64,000 bases of DNA from contig NC_089434.1 of the NCBI RefSeq assembly GCF_026210795.1, forward strand, positions 558,001 through 622,000. The letters are read 5' to 3'. The stretch comes from Rhizophagus irregularis. Its lineage: Eukaryota. Of the stretch, positions 37,696-53,112 are shown one piece after another. Under the pieces are notes generated by a model. That model did no database searches. It saw nothing but the letters and a program-made list of their open reading frames with translations, and had not been told where the DNA came from. Numbering within the stretch: the first letter of the stretch is position 1; the number at the start of each line of letters is the position of its first letter. Made by a program: the position numbers and the translations under genes.

Positions 37696-39998
37696 TTAAA
37701 ATCCCTCTAAGAAAAAACAAATGTATTAGTAGTAAATAAAAAATTCACTATTATAAGCATTAAGTATATAATTTTTGTAAAATAAACAAACCATCAGGAA
37801 TTTCAAATTCTTCTTGTTCTTCTGAATGAAGATTTGGATTATTATATTCATCATCATCATCTATGAAACGAAAATAATATACAATTACTTATGATCTAAA
37901 AAATTTTTGATAAATAAATAATAGTTTACCTACCATCATTATCACCTGTTTGTGATGATGACTGTTGTATTTTATCTCTATAATAGTTATTTTGTATATC
38001 AACTATTATTAAATAAAATAAAATTTATTAATAAAATACTACTTATTTATAAATAAACTCTAATTTGAGTGTTTACTTTATTTAATATTTACTCACCACT
38101 TTTTGAATTTACCCGTAATTTTTTAAATACCTTGGTCAATCTTGTATTACCAGCTAAAATTAAGATATTAATACTAAGTATTTAAAATAAATTAAATATT
38201 TATTCTTATTTTAAATTACCTTCAATAACATTACTATTTCTTTTGTTATTCTGGTTACTTGATTGGCCAAAATCATCAACTAACAATAAAACAATTATCA
38301 ATATTATACCATATAAATTCAACATAAACTTAAAAAATTTTTACTTACTATTTTTTGGAATATTAAAGTCAAATAATTTACTATGAAATGCTATTAAATA
38401 AATAGATTCAGTTCTAATTTGTTATTGACTAATTATTTTTTAATAAGAATAAGTATTAAATTTATTTCACCTTCTTGTTCTTCTATTATTATTTAAATGA
38501 AAAAAGATTATATTAGTAATAACAAAAAAGATTAAGTAGTAAATAAATATTACTAAGTTATACCTTCTGTTGCATTTTTTGGTTCAGGTAAATTTTCAAA
38601 TTTATGAATTTTACTTGTAAATAATTTACTGCTTGCATTTGCATAGCTTATTTTTTTATCCATATTTGCTTTTAGTTGAGGTAATTCAGTTGGATTATGT
38701 TGATAATACAATTTAATTTCTTCCATTTTTTTCCAAAGTGTAAAAGTATCAGGCCTTTCTAATGGGTTAGCATTCCAGCATTGTTCCATTAAAGTTTTAT
38801 AATTTAAGGGAATTTCTGATATGGTGTTTGGTCTCATACCATTAATGATATTTCTTGCAAGATAATAATCATGATCATGATTAAAAAATGGTGGTTGTCC
38901 AGATGAAATTTCCCACATAAGCATACCAATACTATAAATATCAGATTTAAAAGTATATTCTTTTCCATTAATAATTTCAGGTGCTATGTAAGGAAGATTT
39001 CCATATATACTTGTTGATGGTTTATCTGCAGGGCCACAAAATCCAAGATCACTAATAAGCCAAGTATCACTAAACTGTAAATATAATATATTTCCAGAAT
39101 GTAAATCTCTATGAATTGAGTTCTCTCTATGAATACTATCAAGTGCATGAATTATTTCATAAATAATTCCAATTCTTTCTTTCCATATTAGTTGATTATG
39201 ATTTTGTTGTAAAAATTCTCTTAAATTAACATTTGCCTTTCTCATTACAAGCATATAATTTCCATTTGATGGATTTTGTGTTAAACCATAACATCCAACA
39301 ATATTTGTCCATTTATTACTTATAGTTAAATGTGATTTAGCCTATAAAAATCAGGTTTAATAATTATGATTTTAAATATTAAATCCCTTAAAATAATTTA
39401 GATTACAAACCTCTTCAAACCAATTTTGACTTGCATTTTCAAAGTTTTCTAATTCTTTTAGTATTACATCAAGATTTCCAAATCTTTGTAATTGTTGATT
39501 CTCAGAATCCCATTCTTCATATCCTCCATCAATCCAAGTTGCTGTATAAATTTCAGAAAATCCACCTTTTGTTAGATATTCAATATTTTGTAAATTATTA
39601 TATGGAATCCATTCAACTATCATATCTGGCATAAGTGACTCAATTTGACATTTTTGTATAAAATTATATATGACATTATTTCTAGATGTCCAATATGAAA
39701 ATTTTGCTTTTAGATAATTTCGGACACAATATTCACAATATGATGTAGCCAAACATTTTTGATTACAATTTTCACAAATTCTTCTTGTCCCTTCATTATT
39801 AAGAATTTTTTCTTTATCATAAACTTTTTTATGTATTCTTATTGCTTCAGTTTTTTCATCATTTGTAAGAGAGTTATCAGCAAGAATTATTCGATTTATA
39901 AATTCATATTGTTCGTGTATATTATCGTAAGCATTAATAGTTGATATAATTGCTCTATTGATTGCTGCGTTAATCAACTCTCCGCGAATGGTAGACAT
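37696..39998 (-). CDS. TKL-type protein kinase, multi-exon (paralog 1)
   Basis: LTKGGFSEIY, VILKEL, IHRDLHSGNIL, ISDLGFC, YGNLPYIAPE; N-terminal CENC..CEYC. Intron 39410-39342, then several short 3' exons ending ...NPNLHSEEQEEFEIPDEGF-stop (last exon tentative). Confidence 0.88.
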
Positions 39999-40297
39999 AA
40001 TATTATAGGGCTTTCAATTTTTTCTGACAAATTTGAACGATGAACTAAAGTGTTATTTGGTAAACTCTGGATTCGTAACTATAAATTTAAATTTAGCATG
40101 ATCTACTAAGTGGTTTCAATGTTTCACAACGTTTACCATATGACTTTTGTGATTATACATTTAAATTAAGAAGTGAACTACTTAAAAAGGTAACAAAAAG
40201 TATTACTAATTTTTTTTTTAACAAAGAAAAATAATTATTATGTCATAACTTTTCGTTCAAAAAAAAAAAATATTTTTTTTTCTCATTATTGTTATTT

Positions 40298-40598
40298 AAT
40301 ATCATTATTTCCAGATGTCCAACTTGAAAATTTTGTTTTTAAATAATTTTGGACACAATATTCACAATATAATGTAGCCAAACATTTTTGGTTACAATTT
40401 TCACAAATTCTTCTTGTCCCTTCATTACGAAGAATTTTTTCTCGATCACAATTTTTATTAAATACTCTTATTGCTTCAGTTTTTTCTTTGTTTTACAAAT
40501 TCAAATTGTTTGTGTACACTATCGTAAATATTAGTATCAATTAATGCAATTGCTCTATTCAATGTTACTTTAATTAATCCGATTCGAAAAGTAGACAT
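40298..40598 (-). pseudogene. Truncated kinase exon-1 duplicate
   Basis: MSTFRIGLIKVTLNRAIALIDTNIYDSVHKQFEFVKQ is near-identical to paralog 2, followed by an internal deletion/frameshift and truncation. Confidence 0.85.
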
Positions 40599-42030
40599 AA
40601 TATTATAAAATTTTAATTTGTTAAAAAGAAAATATCTATATTTATCAACTTTAACCAATAAATTATAGTGCACAAATAGAAACAAAAAAGCAAGTCTTTT
40701 TACGCCCTTTTTAAAATTATAAAATTCTACAAATTTAAATTTAGCATGATTTACTATTGTATAATGTTACACCATATAAAGGATTGTAATTTATACACTT
40801 ATGGGTTAGAAGCGTATTACCCAAATGCCAAATGTAACATAAAAATTTTTTTGTACGAATTGTTACTACGCCACGGCATTATAAAAAAAAAGTATTTTTT
40901 TCTTTCTCTGATTAATTTTTTTTTTTTAAAAAAAAAATCCTAAAAAATAAAAAAAAAATTCTAGGAAATTAATGAGTTAAAAATAATTTAATTATCATAC
41001 ACAAGTAATAGCTTTGCTCAAATTGTTTCAAACAATAAATCGTTCTTTTTTTTTCTTAAAAAAAAATAAAAAATAGCAATCAAATAAATAAATGAATAAA
41101 AGTAAATAAATTAATCAACGGATAATTGAAAAAACAACAAACTTTTAATATGTTGAAGATCACAAAAAATACCGCAGTCAGCTGGAGACTACTAGTCATA
41201 GAAATTTTATCTACGCATAATGAAATAAAGAATTCGATCAACTTCAAAATCATTATCAATATAAATTTCTTAGTTTAGTATTTGCGTCCATCTTATTAAA
41301 CTCTCACATAAATGATATTAGCAATACGCTGCATGAATAAGTTGAACAAAATTGGAAGGAATACATTACATTATTATAAAATTGTGTAAATAAATGAACG
41401 TGAGCGTAATATATCATAATGTAACGGCAATTAGTAAAGTTAGTTAATATAAGTACTATAATAAAAAAAAAAGTTACGTATATAATAAATTAATTGTATT
41501 CCTTGAAAATTTAAAACTTTAAACTTTTTTTTTTTAGTTTATAATATGATATCTTACGTCATTTGTGTTAAAAGATTTTAAACCACGTAATGTTAAAACA
41601 CTTTTAAAAGTTATAACGACGATTATAAAAAAAATTTTATTAATATATATAATAAATAAAAAATATATATATTATAATAAATAAATCTTACGAAAAAAAA
41701 AAAAATTAAAATCTTACAAATAAATAATTAATCTAAAAATTATATACACATTTTAAATAACCCAATTTTTTTTTTCTTAAATATTTTGAAATTCTTAAAA
41801 AAAATTTTTTTTTTGTTTATCAATCATAAAAAAAAAATAAATAAAAAAATATTATCAATATTATCTAAATTTTCAATAATTATTTTTTTTCTTTTTTTTC
41901 TTTTTTTTTTGTTGTTGCGTATAATCTATTTTAAATTCTCAAATTTTTTATACTTAATGTAGTATAAATCAATCACGAAAAATTTTAACGTTATTAAATT
42001 AAAAAATAATGTAAAATAAATTTATTCTTT
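40298..42030. repeat. Segmental duplication, copy of ~45440-47230
   Basis: Near-identical kinase 5' and upstream sequence, e.g. GGGTTAGAAGCGTATTACCCAAATGCC at both loci. Boundaries approximate. Confidence 0.88.
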
Positions 42031-42228
42031 TTTTTGGTTTCATGCAAAAATATTCCAAGTAATGTAACCTATAAATATTGAATTAATAATGAGTGATTTA
42101 GAATTACATGATCTATATATGGTTGGTTAAAATTTGGCAACCTTTTCGCAAATTACCTGGCGTTAAACTGCGTGCACTATAATAATGATGCAATTTTTCA
42201 ATTTGATTTGTGTAAGAGTATATAATAC

Positions 42229-42756
42229 GGTTACGGTACATTTTGCTGAAGCCATTTCACTGAAGGGATATTTTACTAAAGGGACGTTTTGCTGCAAAAT
42301 GGACATTTCGCCGAAAATAAAAAATATTTATCGCGCAATGAAAAGAGATATTTTTTTTCCAGGATATTATCACTTTAATATTCAAGTAACTGATATTAAT
42401 TGTTAAGAGATAAATAAATAACTATTCTCCTGAAAATATTTTTTAATACATTATAAACAACGAAATAAATTTATAAAAATCAGTTAATTCAAAAATTTTC
42501 TAGAAAATATTTCTTTATGTATTTAATATATAAAAACAATAAAATAACCAAATGAAATAAATAATTTTTTGGTGAAATGTCCATTCGATAAAATGGCTTC
42601 AGTGAGTGGAATTTGGTGAAATAGGGTTTCAGTGAAATGGTATTTTGGTGAAACGTCCTTTTGATGAAATATCCCTTCGGTTAAATATCCCTTCGGCAAA
42701 ATGGCTTCGGCGAAGTGGGTTTGATGAAATGGACTTTAGCGAAAAGTCCGGATACC
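42229..42756. mobile_element. Mutator(MULE)-like MITE
   Basis: Perfect 9-bp TSD ATATAATAC (42220-42228, 42757-42765). GG...CC termini with imperfect TIRs built from ~15-bp TTTCGCCGAA-like repeats. Confidence 0.82.
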
Positions 42757-43445
42757 ATATAATACTAAGTGTTTTCGCAAAAAAAATCAAATAGAGGACT
42801 TTATTGTTAATGGTTAAATATTTGTTGTTATTTAAAGCTCATGAAAATTTATTGAGATAAAAGACGTTCTAAAATAGACAATGATATATGGATAACAGAA
42901 ATTCTTTTTACAGTATTGTGTTTTATATATTATTAAAGACATGTATAAAGTTTACATTACATCAATCCTTTAAGTATTTTTTGCTATATATATGTACGAG
43001 GTTGTAAAGTAGTAATTTGATTTTTGGCCAAAAATTAAATGCGAAAATTATTGGTAAAGAATAAAAAAAAAATTTTTTATTTGTATTACAGTATATGTTG
43101 TGTCTTGCTGTGATATTTGCTGTAAAGTAACTATTCTTGGCATAAGAATCCTAGTTACACAATTTTGCAAAATTTTTAATGAAGTCTAAATCTTCATTAC
43201 ACGAAATAAACAAATATACACATTTCTGAAATTGTGATAATAAGTGTTATAACATAAATCATAAGTTAAAAATAATACATAATATTTAATGATAATTTTA
43301 ATACAGAAATAAATAAAAAAAAAAATTATTTAAATTACAAACTAAGAAAATTTCTTCTACTACTCTTTAGTGTTTAAATAATTTCAAATTTCAAAATAAA
43401 GATAAATGATACTATATTGCTTATAAATCTAATTTGTAAAATAAT

Positions 43446-45773
43446 TTAGAATCCATCTAAAAAAAAATAAAATAAAATGATATAAATAAATACATTAGTA
43501 AATCATTACTATAAAACATTTGTTTATAATTTTGAAAAAAAAAATAAACAAACCATTAGGAATTTCAAATTCTTCTTGTTCTTCTGAATGAAGATTTGGA
43601 TTATTGTATTCATCATCATCTATGAAACAAAAAATAATATACAATTAGTACTTATTGTCTAAAAAGATTTTTAATAAGTAAACTCGTTTGCCTACCATCA
43701 ATATTACCAGTTTGTGGTTGATGTGTTGTATCTTTATAATAGTTCTTTTGTATATCAACTATTGTTAAATAAAATAACATTTAATAATACTTATTTACAA
43801 ATAAACTCTAATTTGAATGTTTATTTATTTAATATTTTACTCACCGCTTTTTGATGAATTTACTCGTAATTTTTTAAATACCTTGGTCAGTCTTGTATTG
43901 CCAGCTAAAAATTAAGATATTAACTGTTAATACTAAGTGTTTAACATAAATTGAATATTTATTTTTATTTTAAATTACCTTCAATTACATTGCTATTTCT
44001 CTTGTTATTCTGATTACTTGATTGGCCAAAATCATCAACTAAAAACAAAACAATCATTTAGCAACATTATACAATATAAATTCAGCATAAACTTAAAAAC
44101 ACTTACTATTTTCTGGAATATTGAAGTCATATAATTTACTATGAAATGCTATTAAATAAACAGATTATTTTTAATTATTAATGATTATTAATTATTTTTT
44201 AATAAGAATAAGTATGAATTATTACCTTCTTGTTCTTCTGTTATTATTTGAATAAATTAAAAAAAGTTTGTATTATTAATAACAAAGAAAGATTAAATAG
44301 AGTTATAAATATTGATAAATTATACCTTCTGTTGCATTTTTTGGTTCAGGTAAATTTTCATATTTATAAATTTTACTTGTAAATAATTTACTGCTTATGT
44401 TTGCATGGTTCATTTCTTTATTCTTTTTTGCTTTTAGTTGAGGTAATTCATTTGGATTATTTTGATAATAAAACTTAATTTCATTTATTTTATTAAAAAG
44501 TGTAATAATATCAGGCCTATCAAATGGATTGGCATTCCAGCATTGTTCCATTAAATTTTTATATTTTAAAGGAACTTTTGATATAATTTTTGGCCTCATA
44601 CCATTAATAATATTAAGTGCAAGATCACAATCATGTTCATGATTATTAAATGGTAGTTTTCCAGATGAAATTTCCCACATAAGCATGCCAATACTATAAA
44701 TATCAGATTTAAAGGTATATTTATTTCCATTAATAATTTCAGGTGCTATGTAAGGAAGATTTCCATATATACTTGTTGATGGTTTATCTGCAGGACCACA
44801 AAATCCAAGATCACTAATAAGCCAATCATCACTAAATTGTGAATATAATATATTTCCAGAATGCAAATCTCTATGAATTAAATTCTCTTTATGAATATAA
44901 TAAAGTGCATCAATTATTATATAAGCAATTTCAATTCTTTCTTTCCATGTTATTTGATTATGATTTTGTTGTAAATACTCTCTTAAATTTATACTCATTC
45001 TATTTATTACAAGCATATAATTTCCATTTGATGGATTTTGTGTTAAACCATAACATTGAACAATTGATGGATACTTATTACTTATAGTTAAATGTGATTT
45101 AGCCTGTAAAAAATAATTTTAAATTCAGTTTTATTATTTAATTTTAAACACTAAATTCCTTAAAATAATTTAGTTTACAAACCTCTTCAAACCAATTTTG
45201 ACTTGCATTTTCAATATTTTCTAATTCTTTTAGTATTACATCAAAATTTTCAAATCTTTGTAATTGTTGATTCTCAGAATCCCATTCTTTATATTTTCCA
45301 TCAATCCAAGTTGCTGTATAAATTTTAGCAAATCCACCTTTGGCTAGATATTCAATATTTTGTAAATTATTATATGGAATCCATTCAATTACACTATTTG
45401 GCATGAGTGTTTCTGATTGACATTTTTGTATTAAATTATCAATATCATTATTTCCAGATTTCCAACTTGAAAATTTTGTTTTTAAATAATTTCGGACACA
45501 ATATTCACAATATAATGTAGCCAAACATTTTTGGTTACAAGTTTCACAAATTCTTCTTGTCCCTTCATTACGAAGAATTTTTTCTCGATCACAATCTTTA
45601 TTAAATAATCTTATTGCTTCGGTTTTTTCATCATTTGTAAGAGAATTATCAGCAAGAATTGTTTGTTTTACAAATTCAAATTGTTTGTGTACACTACCGT
45701 AAATACTAGTATCACATAATGCAATTGCTCTATTTATTGTTGTGCTAATTAATCCAATTCGAAGTGTAGACAT
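43446..45773 (-). CDS. TKL-type protein kinase, multi-exon (paralog 2)
   Basis: Same motifs and exon layout: LAKGGFAKIY, IHRDLHSGNIL, ISDLGFC, PYIAPE; ends ...EIPNDGF-stop (last exon tentative). Confidence 0.88.
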
Positions 45774-47478
45774 AATATTTTAAAATTTTTAATTTGTTAA
45801 AAAGAAAATATCTATATTTATCAACTTTAAACAATAAATTATAGACTTATAGACTTATAGTGCACAGATAGAAACAAAAGGCAAGTCCTTTTACGCCCTT
45901 TTAAAACTATAAAATTCTATAAAATTAAATTTAGCATGATTTACTATTGTATAATGTTACAGTTGTTACACCATATAAAGGATTGTAATTTATACACTTA
46001 TGGGTTAGAAGCGTATTACCCAAATGCCAAATGTAACATAAAAATTTTTTTTGTACGAATTGTTACTACGCCACGGCATTATAAAAGAAAAAATTATTTT
46101 TTTCTTTCTCTGATTAATATTTTTTTTTTAAAAAAAAAAATCCTAAAAATAAAAAAAAATTCTAGAAAATTAATGAGTTAAAAATAATTTATATCATACA
46201 CAAGTAATAGCTTTGCTCGAATTGTTTCAAAATAATAAATCGATCTTTTTTTTTTAAAAAAAAAAAAAAAGAAAAAAGAAATCAAATAAATAAATGAATA
46301 AAAAGTAAATAAATTAATCAACGGATAATTGAAAAAACAACAAATTTTTAATATGTTGAAGATTACAAAAAATACCGGAGACTACTAGTCAGAGAAATTT
46401 TATCTACGCATAATGAATAAAGAATTCGATCAACGTCAAAAGATAAATTTCTTAGTTTAGTATTGCGTCTATCTTATTAAACTCTCACAAAAATGATATT
46501 AGAAATACGTTGCATGAATAAGTAGAATAACAAAAGTGGAAAAAATTCATTACAATATTATAAAATTGGGTAAATTAATAAACGCGAGTGTAATATATCA
46601 TTACGTAACAGCAATTCATCTTATAGTATAATAAAAAAAAGTATAATAAAAAAAAGTTACGTATATAATAAATTAATTGTATTCCTTGAAAATTTAAAAC
46701 TTTAAACTTTTTTTTTTTTAGCTATTAATATATATCTTACGTCATTTGCGTTAAAAGATTTTTAAATCACATAATGTTAAAACACTTTTAAAAGTTATAA
46801 CGACGATTATAAAAAAAATTTTATTAATATATATAATAAATAAAAAAATATATATATATAATAAATAAATCTTACGAAAAAAAAAAAAATTAAAAATCTT
46901 ACAAATAAATAATTAATCTAAAAATTATATACACATTAATTTTTTAAATAACCCAATTTTTTTTTTCTTAAATATTTTGAAATTCTTAAAAAAAAATTTT
47001 TTTTTTGTTTATCAATCAATCATATCATAAAAAAAAAAATAAAATAAAAAAAATATTATTGATATTATCTAAATTTCAATAATTATCTTTTTTTCTTTTT
47101 TTTCTTTTTTTTTTTTGTTGTTGCGTATAATCTATTTTAAATTCTCAAAATTTTTTATACTTAATGTAGTATAAATCAATCACGAGAAATTTTAACGTTA
47201 TTAAATTAAAAAAAAATGATGTAAAATTTTCCTTCGTTCGATTCCGTGTAATAAATAAAAAGAAAAATTAGGTTCGTCTAATTAAAAAGTAAAAAGGTGT
47301 ACGTTAAATATGAACTAATCTATCTATCTTGATCTGGTTATTTTTTGGAATATAATTGCGAAATAAAACATAACAAAGAAAAAAAAAATTGTAGAGTGGA
47401 ATATAATAAAAATTAAAATTTAGTCGTTGTTCATGAATCAAATTATTATTTGTTTTAATTAATCATCAAAAATTGAAT

Positions 47479-48652
47479 TTAGTTTTTTCGAGCATAACAT
47501 CTAAAATTTACAAGTTGAGTTTTGTACTCATCAAATTCACTTGCAATAGAAGCAAATATATCATCTGTTTCTTCTTCCGTTAAACCTGGTTGAAATCGTT
47601 TATTTAAGGCTTTTTGGGACGTTTCATAACTATTTAGCATCTAAACAAAAAATAATAATGATTAAATTAATTAATATGAAGATTTTTTATTGACGGATTA
47701 CGAGGATTACGAGGATCACGAGAATCACGGATGAACCACTTACCATCAAACCAATTTCTCCACCCCAACGACCTATCGGACAAATTTTATCTTGTTTATG
47801 AAAGTCTGAAAATGAAGATGATTGTAACATTTGAGGAATTGAATTTATGGTAGTTTCTGGATCGATTCCCTTAGAATTCAAATATCTAAAGACTTTAAAA
47901 AAAAATAATGATGGTGAGAACTACTAGAACTTAAGATGCAGTACTAATGAACACTACCAATGTACTCGCTTACCTTGATCATTTCTATTTTGAGTTATTG
48001 GACCGGGATTATCGTAACCTATACGATATTCCATTATCTCCAGATAACCACCTGGTTTTAATACTCTTTTAATTTCAGAAAAAAGATATTTCCATTGAGA
48101 ATCTGTAAGATCAGGATAAATTAAGAACCTTTCACAAACAAAATCAAAAGTAGAATCAGGAAATGGGATTCCATCAAGAAGATCACATTGTATAAAACCA
48201 GTATTTGAAAGACGAGAATTTTCATCAGGAAGGATTGGTAAAATATCTATACCGATATAAATATTTGTAGAGTGATATTCTTTTGCCATATCAAGAATCC
48301 AAGTACCAGTTCCACATCCCACATCAAGTACTTTTAAACCACCTGATAATAAATTTTGTTCTATAGGGGAGGAAAAATTACTTTGCCATTGAAATCGAAA
48401 TAAATAATGATCTAAATTTAATCTTTCAAAATCTTCGTCATTAAAAGAAGGAAAATTATATTTATGAAACGATTTAAGATCATGAGCTATATTAGGTTTA
48501 TAATGATCATCTATATCATTGTTTAATAAAGGTTTATTATTAATTAAAGCTCGAGAAAATTTTTTTAGACAAAAAATTTTAGCGAGTTCTAGAAGAAGAG
48601 AAGATGCGTCGGTTTGTTTACGTGGATTGGGAGATGACGGACGATCGGTCAT
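47479..48652 (-). CDS. Class I SAM-dependent methyltransferase (LaeA-like fungal group), 3 exons
   Basis: VLDVGCGTGTW, FPDSTFDFV, RVLKPGGYLEIME, PIGRWGGEIG. Exons 48652-47974, 47892-47744 and 47640-47479 join in frame. Confidence 0.85.
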
Positions 48653-51600
48653 GGTATGGATAATATTATAGTGTTGGAAAAGACTGAAAAAGTTTTTCGT
48701 AAAATTATAAATATAAATATAAATATAAATATATAAAATAAATATATTAATATATATATATATATATTAAAAAATATATATATACGTCTCTTTCTAGTTG
48801 TCACAAAAATACGAGACTAAAAGGACTGAAAGAAAAGAAAAGAAAAAAAAAAAATTTTTTTTAGTATCAGCAGACATAATTTATAAGATATCTTGGCGTG
48901 AGAAAGATGCATGCAATATACCATTTATAATTGGACATATTTGGATTATCCATTTAGAGAGATCTCCCCATTGTGCCCGTTACCAGGGAACCTGATATTT
49001 TTTAAAAAAGAGGGAATCAATACCTTAATATAAATAATTTCACAAAATTAATGCAAAACATGAAAGTAGATAATCAGTTAAGAAAGAATTAATTGGTTAA
49101 ATTTCCCCCTAAAGTTGTTCTTGTTAGAGGGGTAAAAAGTAATCTCCGAATCTATTTCAAAAATCCTAAAAAGGAGAAGATAATTTAAACTTTTTAATAG
49201 TTTAATAATAATGTTTATATAATCAAAGTAAATTAATATGTTACACGGCATGCATTACGTGAAATAGCATAAATAAAATTCATTATTTCTCACTCCTTTT
49301 TTGCGTTAATGAGACAAAATATCAAACAATTTAATCAAAAATGATTTATAATGAATGAGCCTTACTACAAGTTTAGCAAAAATTCCACGTAATCCAAAAA
49401 AGACCAATGAAGTTTTCTCCCGATAAATCCGCCCGTTATCCGGCAATAGCCGTAACAGCCGGAATATATTTTCCCTTACAATAAATAATTAAATAATTCG
49501 GGAAATGAATCCTTTTAAAGGAGTTAAATATTAACTTTTTTTAAATAACAACGATCTTTATGAAACTAAATAAAGAAAACCATACCTCGGATTTTCCTTT
49601 GAATAATTCATTAATGTAAGTAATTGTAAATAAAATAATCATTTATTTATTTATTCCATTTAAAAATATTTATTTCTACAATGATATTTATTTTTACAAT
49701 GTTCTCAAAGCAAACTTTCATCTTTTTTTTTCATATTTTTTTTTCATTTTTTCTTTCATTTTTCGTTTCATTTTTATTTTTCATTTTTATTTTTTTTGTT
49801 TAACGTTAATTGTTTAATTGTTTTGATCAAATGATCATCCAATATATTATTATTTTACGATTTGCTAATTGTATTTAGTTTCATTTTTTTTTTCAAATTA
49901 AAGTCTTTATTGTTTTCATTGTTAATCATTTATCGTAATTAATGTCTTGTCTTTATATATCCTGGTTTCATAAATAACAGATAAACTTTGAATTCATAAA
50001 TATAATAAATATAATTAAATAATATATATTATAACTTACTAATATACAATATTACCGCAGGTAATAAACATATTGATGATCAATGATTTACATGTACCTT
50101 TAAACTAAAAATGGAGAGGTCTAGATCAGTCTACGCTTTCACAAAAATGATCATAAAGAATAAATAAATAATAAATAAATAATTTTTTTAACCGAACTTT
50201 TCCATAAAAAAAAAACTCACGTGCAAAATCCCTTACAAGTACATTTATACGTAAAATGAAAAATATGTAAGTAAAATAATTAATCACAGGGATCAGTCCC
50301 TTGTTTTTCTCCTGCGTACTTATCAAGAATCTTTTCAATAAGAGATTATTTTTTTTTTTTTAGTAATTATAAATATATTTTGTATTGATACTAACTATAA
50401 TTAGAATTATATAATTTATGAGAAACTTCTTTTTAAAAAACCATAACGATAATATTGAAGCCACATACATTAAATATTTATAAAATGTTAGTATGATTGG
50501 ATAATATAAGTTTTAGGATTCACTAAATTATATTAGTTAAATAAATAGAATGATTAATTTTTGTATCCGAGATGTTAGACGCTTGTCTAATTATTTTGAT
50601 TGACACTTTGGAATATTTATAGTAACACATATAAACATAATTTTTAATATAAATTGGATTGGTGGAATACGTCATATAATATATGTCTACCAATTAAATA
50701 TTTTAAATTTTATGTATTAAATATCATTTATATTAATTTGAAATAATAATTTTCGAAACCAAATTCAAAAAATTTTGGTTTTAAGTTATAAAAAAAATAA
50801 ATTAAAAATTAAAACATTGAAAAATACGAATTTTTATTCTAACTAATCTAGTAAATGAAATTTGAGTTATTTTTTTTTTGTATACACAAATATTTACTAT
50901 ATACAGTGAGTATTTGGAAATTACTAATTAATAATTCTATTAATAATACGGTACGGTAATCCATAGTCAAAAAATAATATATGAATAATTAATTGAGAAT
51001 TTATTATAAATCGTGCGTTAGAATCATTAGTTTGTGATGCTTTTAAGTAATGAGTAAAAATTAAGGCACGACAACATATTCGTTAACGTACTGTACTTAT
51101 AGTATAAAGCATGAGAAATAATATAATGGTTGTAATCTAGTTGATTTTATTATTTTAATTTGTTATTCACTTATTAATCTTTTTTTAAAGAAAATTATTA
51201 TAAAAAGTATTGTATAAACATGTTACAACGATAACCTTTTTAAAATATTCGTAATTTCGTGTGATAGAAGAGATCGACGTTACGACTTTAATTTATCATC
51301 AATCCACTATTCTATTAATAATCAATAAACATTAATAAACATTGTACAATACTTTTATTTTCATGGTTAAATTTAATATATTCTTTTAGCACAAAATTTA
51401 AAAAGGATTATAATAAGTTATTATTGCACATCAACAATCTTTTCACTATAATTTCGCGTCTGAAGCGAAATCATGAAAGTAATCGAATAAAGATAAAATA
51501 AATCTTCAAATTAACTCAATTTTTAGAGGTTTGAATGTCAGTCGCAATTTTTTTTTTTGTGCACCAAATAATAATGATAATTTTATTCAACAAAAAACTA

Positions 51601-53112
51601 TTTATACAAGTAATAACCGAATCCTTTGTATAAAAATTCTAGTCCATATTTTATTTTTTATTCTTAAAAAAAAAATTATTAATGTTAAAAAGCAAATTCG
51701 ATCATTTATAATAATGTCTATATCTGGCGACCGAACAAACATTTTCCACTTATCATTAGTAAATTAAGTACATGTAAATGTTTGTCAGTTAATCCACAAA
51801 AAAATATGTTGGACATTGGATATTTGGAAATGAAAATTTAATCATGATAGTAGTCCAGGGCGAAGTGGAGGAATTTTTTTGTAATAAATAACCCATGTCT
51901 TTCTATCAATTCACTTACGTCATCTATTCAATTACGTCATCTCTACTTTCTTTTTTTGCTGATCACTAATACGATATCGGTGTTTTTCATATTTACTGTA
52001 TAAAATTGTCCATTTTCTTAGTAAATAATAATTTATTTTAATAATAGTTTTATAGTTTATAACAACAGAAAATAATTCTAAAAAGTAGATAGCTATTTAA
52101 AATTTCATTTTATTTTATTTGGGTTCTTACGCTGAATTATTAAAGAATATTTATAAAAAAAGTTTTGTATAATTAAAAAGAACGAGGAAATAATTTGAGA
52201 AATATTTAAAGAACCTATTTCTTTAATAAAAAATAATTGCATATTTAAATAAATAAGTATACATGACTATACACATTTAATAATTTTGTTAAGCTCCAAT
52301 GGCCATGTTCGGATAGTTTTTTTGAGAAAGACGCGAAAATCTAATCTTTAATTAAAGTACATTTTTTCTAAAATTTTTTACGATCTATTTTGTTCAAATT
52401 GACAAAATTATGCGGTCGGTAATAATAATCATCGTTTTTCTTTTAATTTTTTTTTAATATCGAAAATGGGTTTTTTGTTTGTTTTTTTTTTGTAAATTTG
52501 CTGTTAGCGGTAGTTGTTGATCACGTGTCTGTATAATATACTAAACTTTTTAGGTAAAAACAAAATTCTAAAATCTTCGTATATACAACATACTTTAAAT
52601 GAAGTTAAAACGATTTTAGCAGCACAACCAAAACTTTTATCTCACACATTATTAGTTATCAATTTTATCCACTTCAAGAAAATACTGTAATAACGATCGA
52701 TATTAATATTATAATGAATCATTATCAAATAGAAGCGACTTTAAAACAGAATAATTTCATGATGTTATTATAATAAACTTTACATAACAAAATGGATAAT
52801 TTATGTTTATAATTTATAATATAAATGAACTATTTAAATTACAAACTAAGAAATCGTAAGTTATCTTACTACTCTAGACTTAGTGTTTAAATAGTAATTA
52901 AGAATAAAAAATAAAAATAAAAATAAAATCAAAAAGAAAGAGAAAAAGGAAAAAAAATAAATACAACTCATTCTCATTCAGGGTTACGCCCAGAAAACTT
53001 TAAACGATTTGTAAATTTAATCTAATATGTTAAACATCACTGGAATTTAAGATCTAGATTATGCTAAGTGGTTTTAAAGGATATGAGCGAGACAAAATTC
53101 TTTGAAATAAAA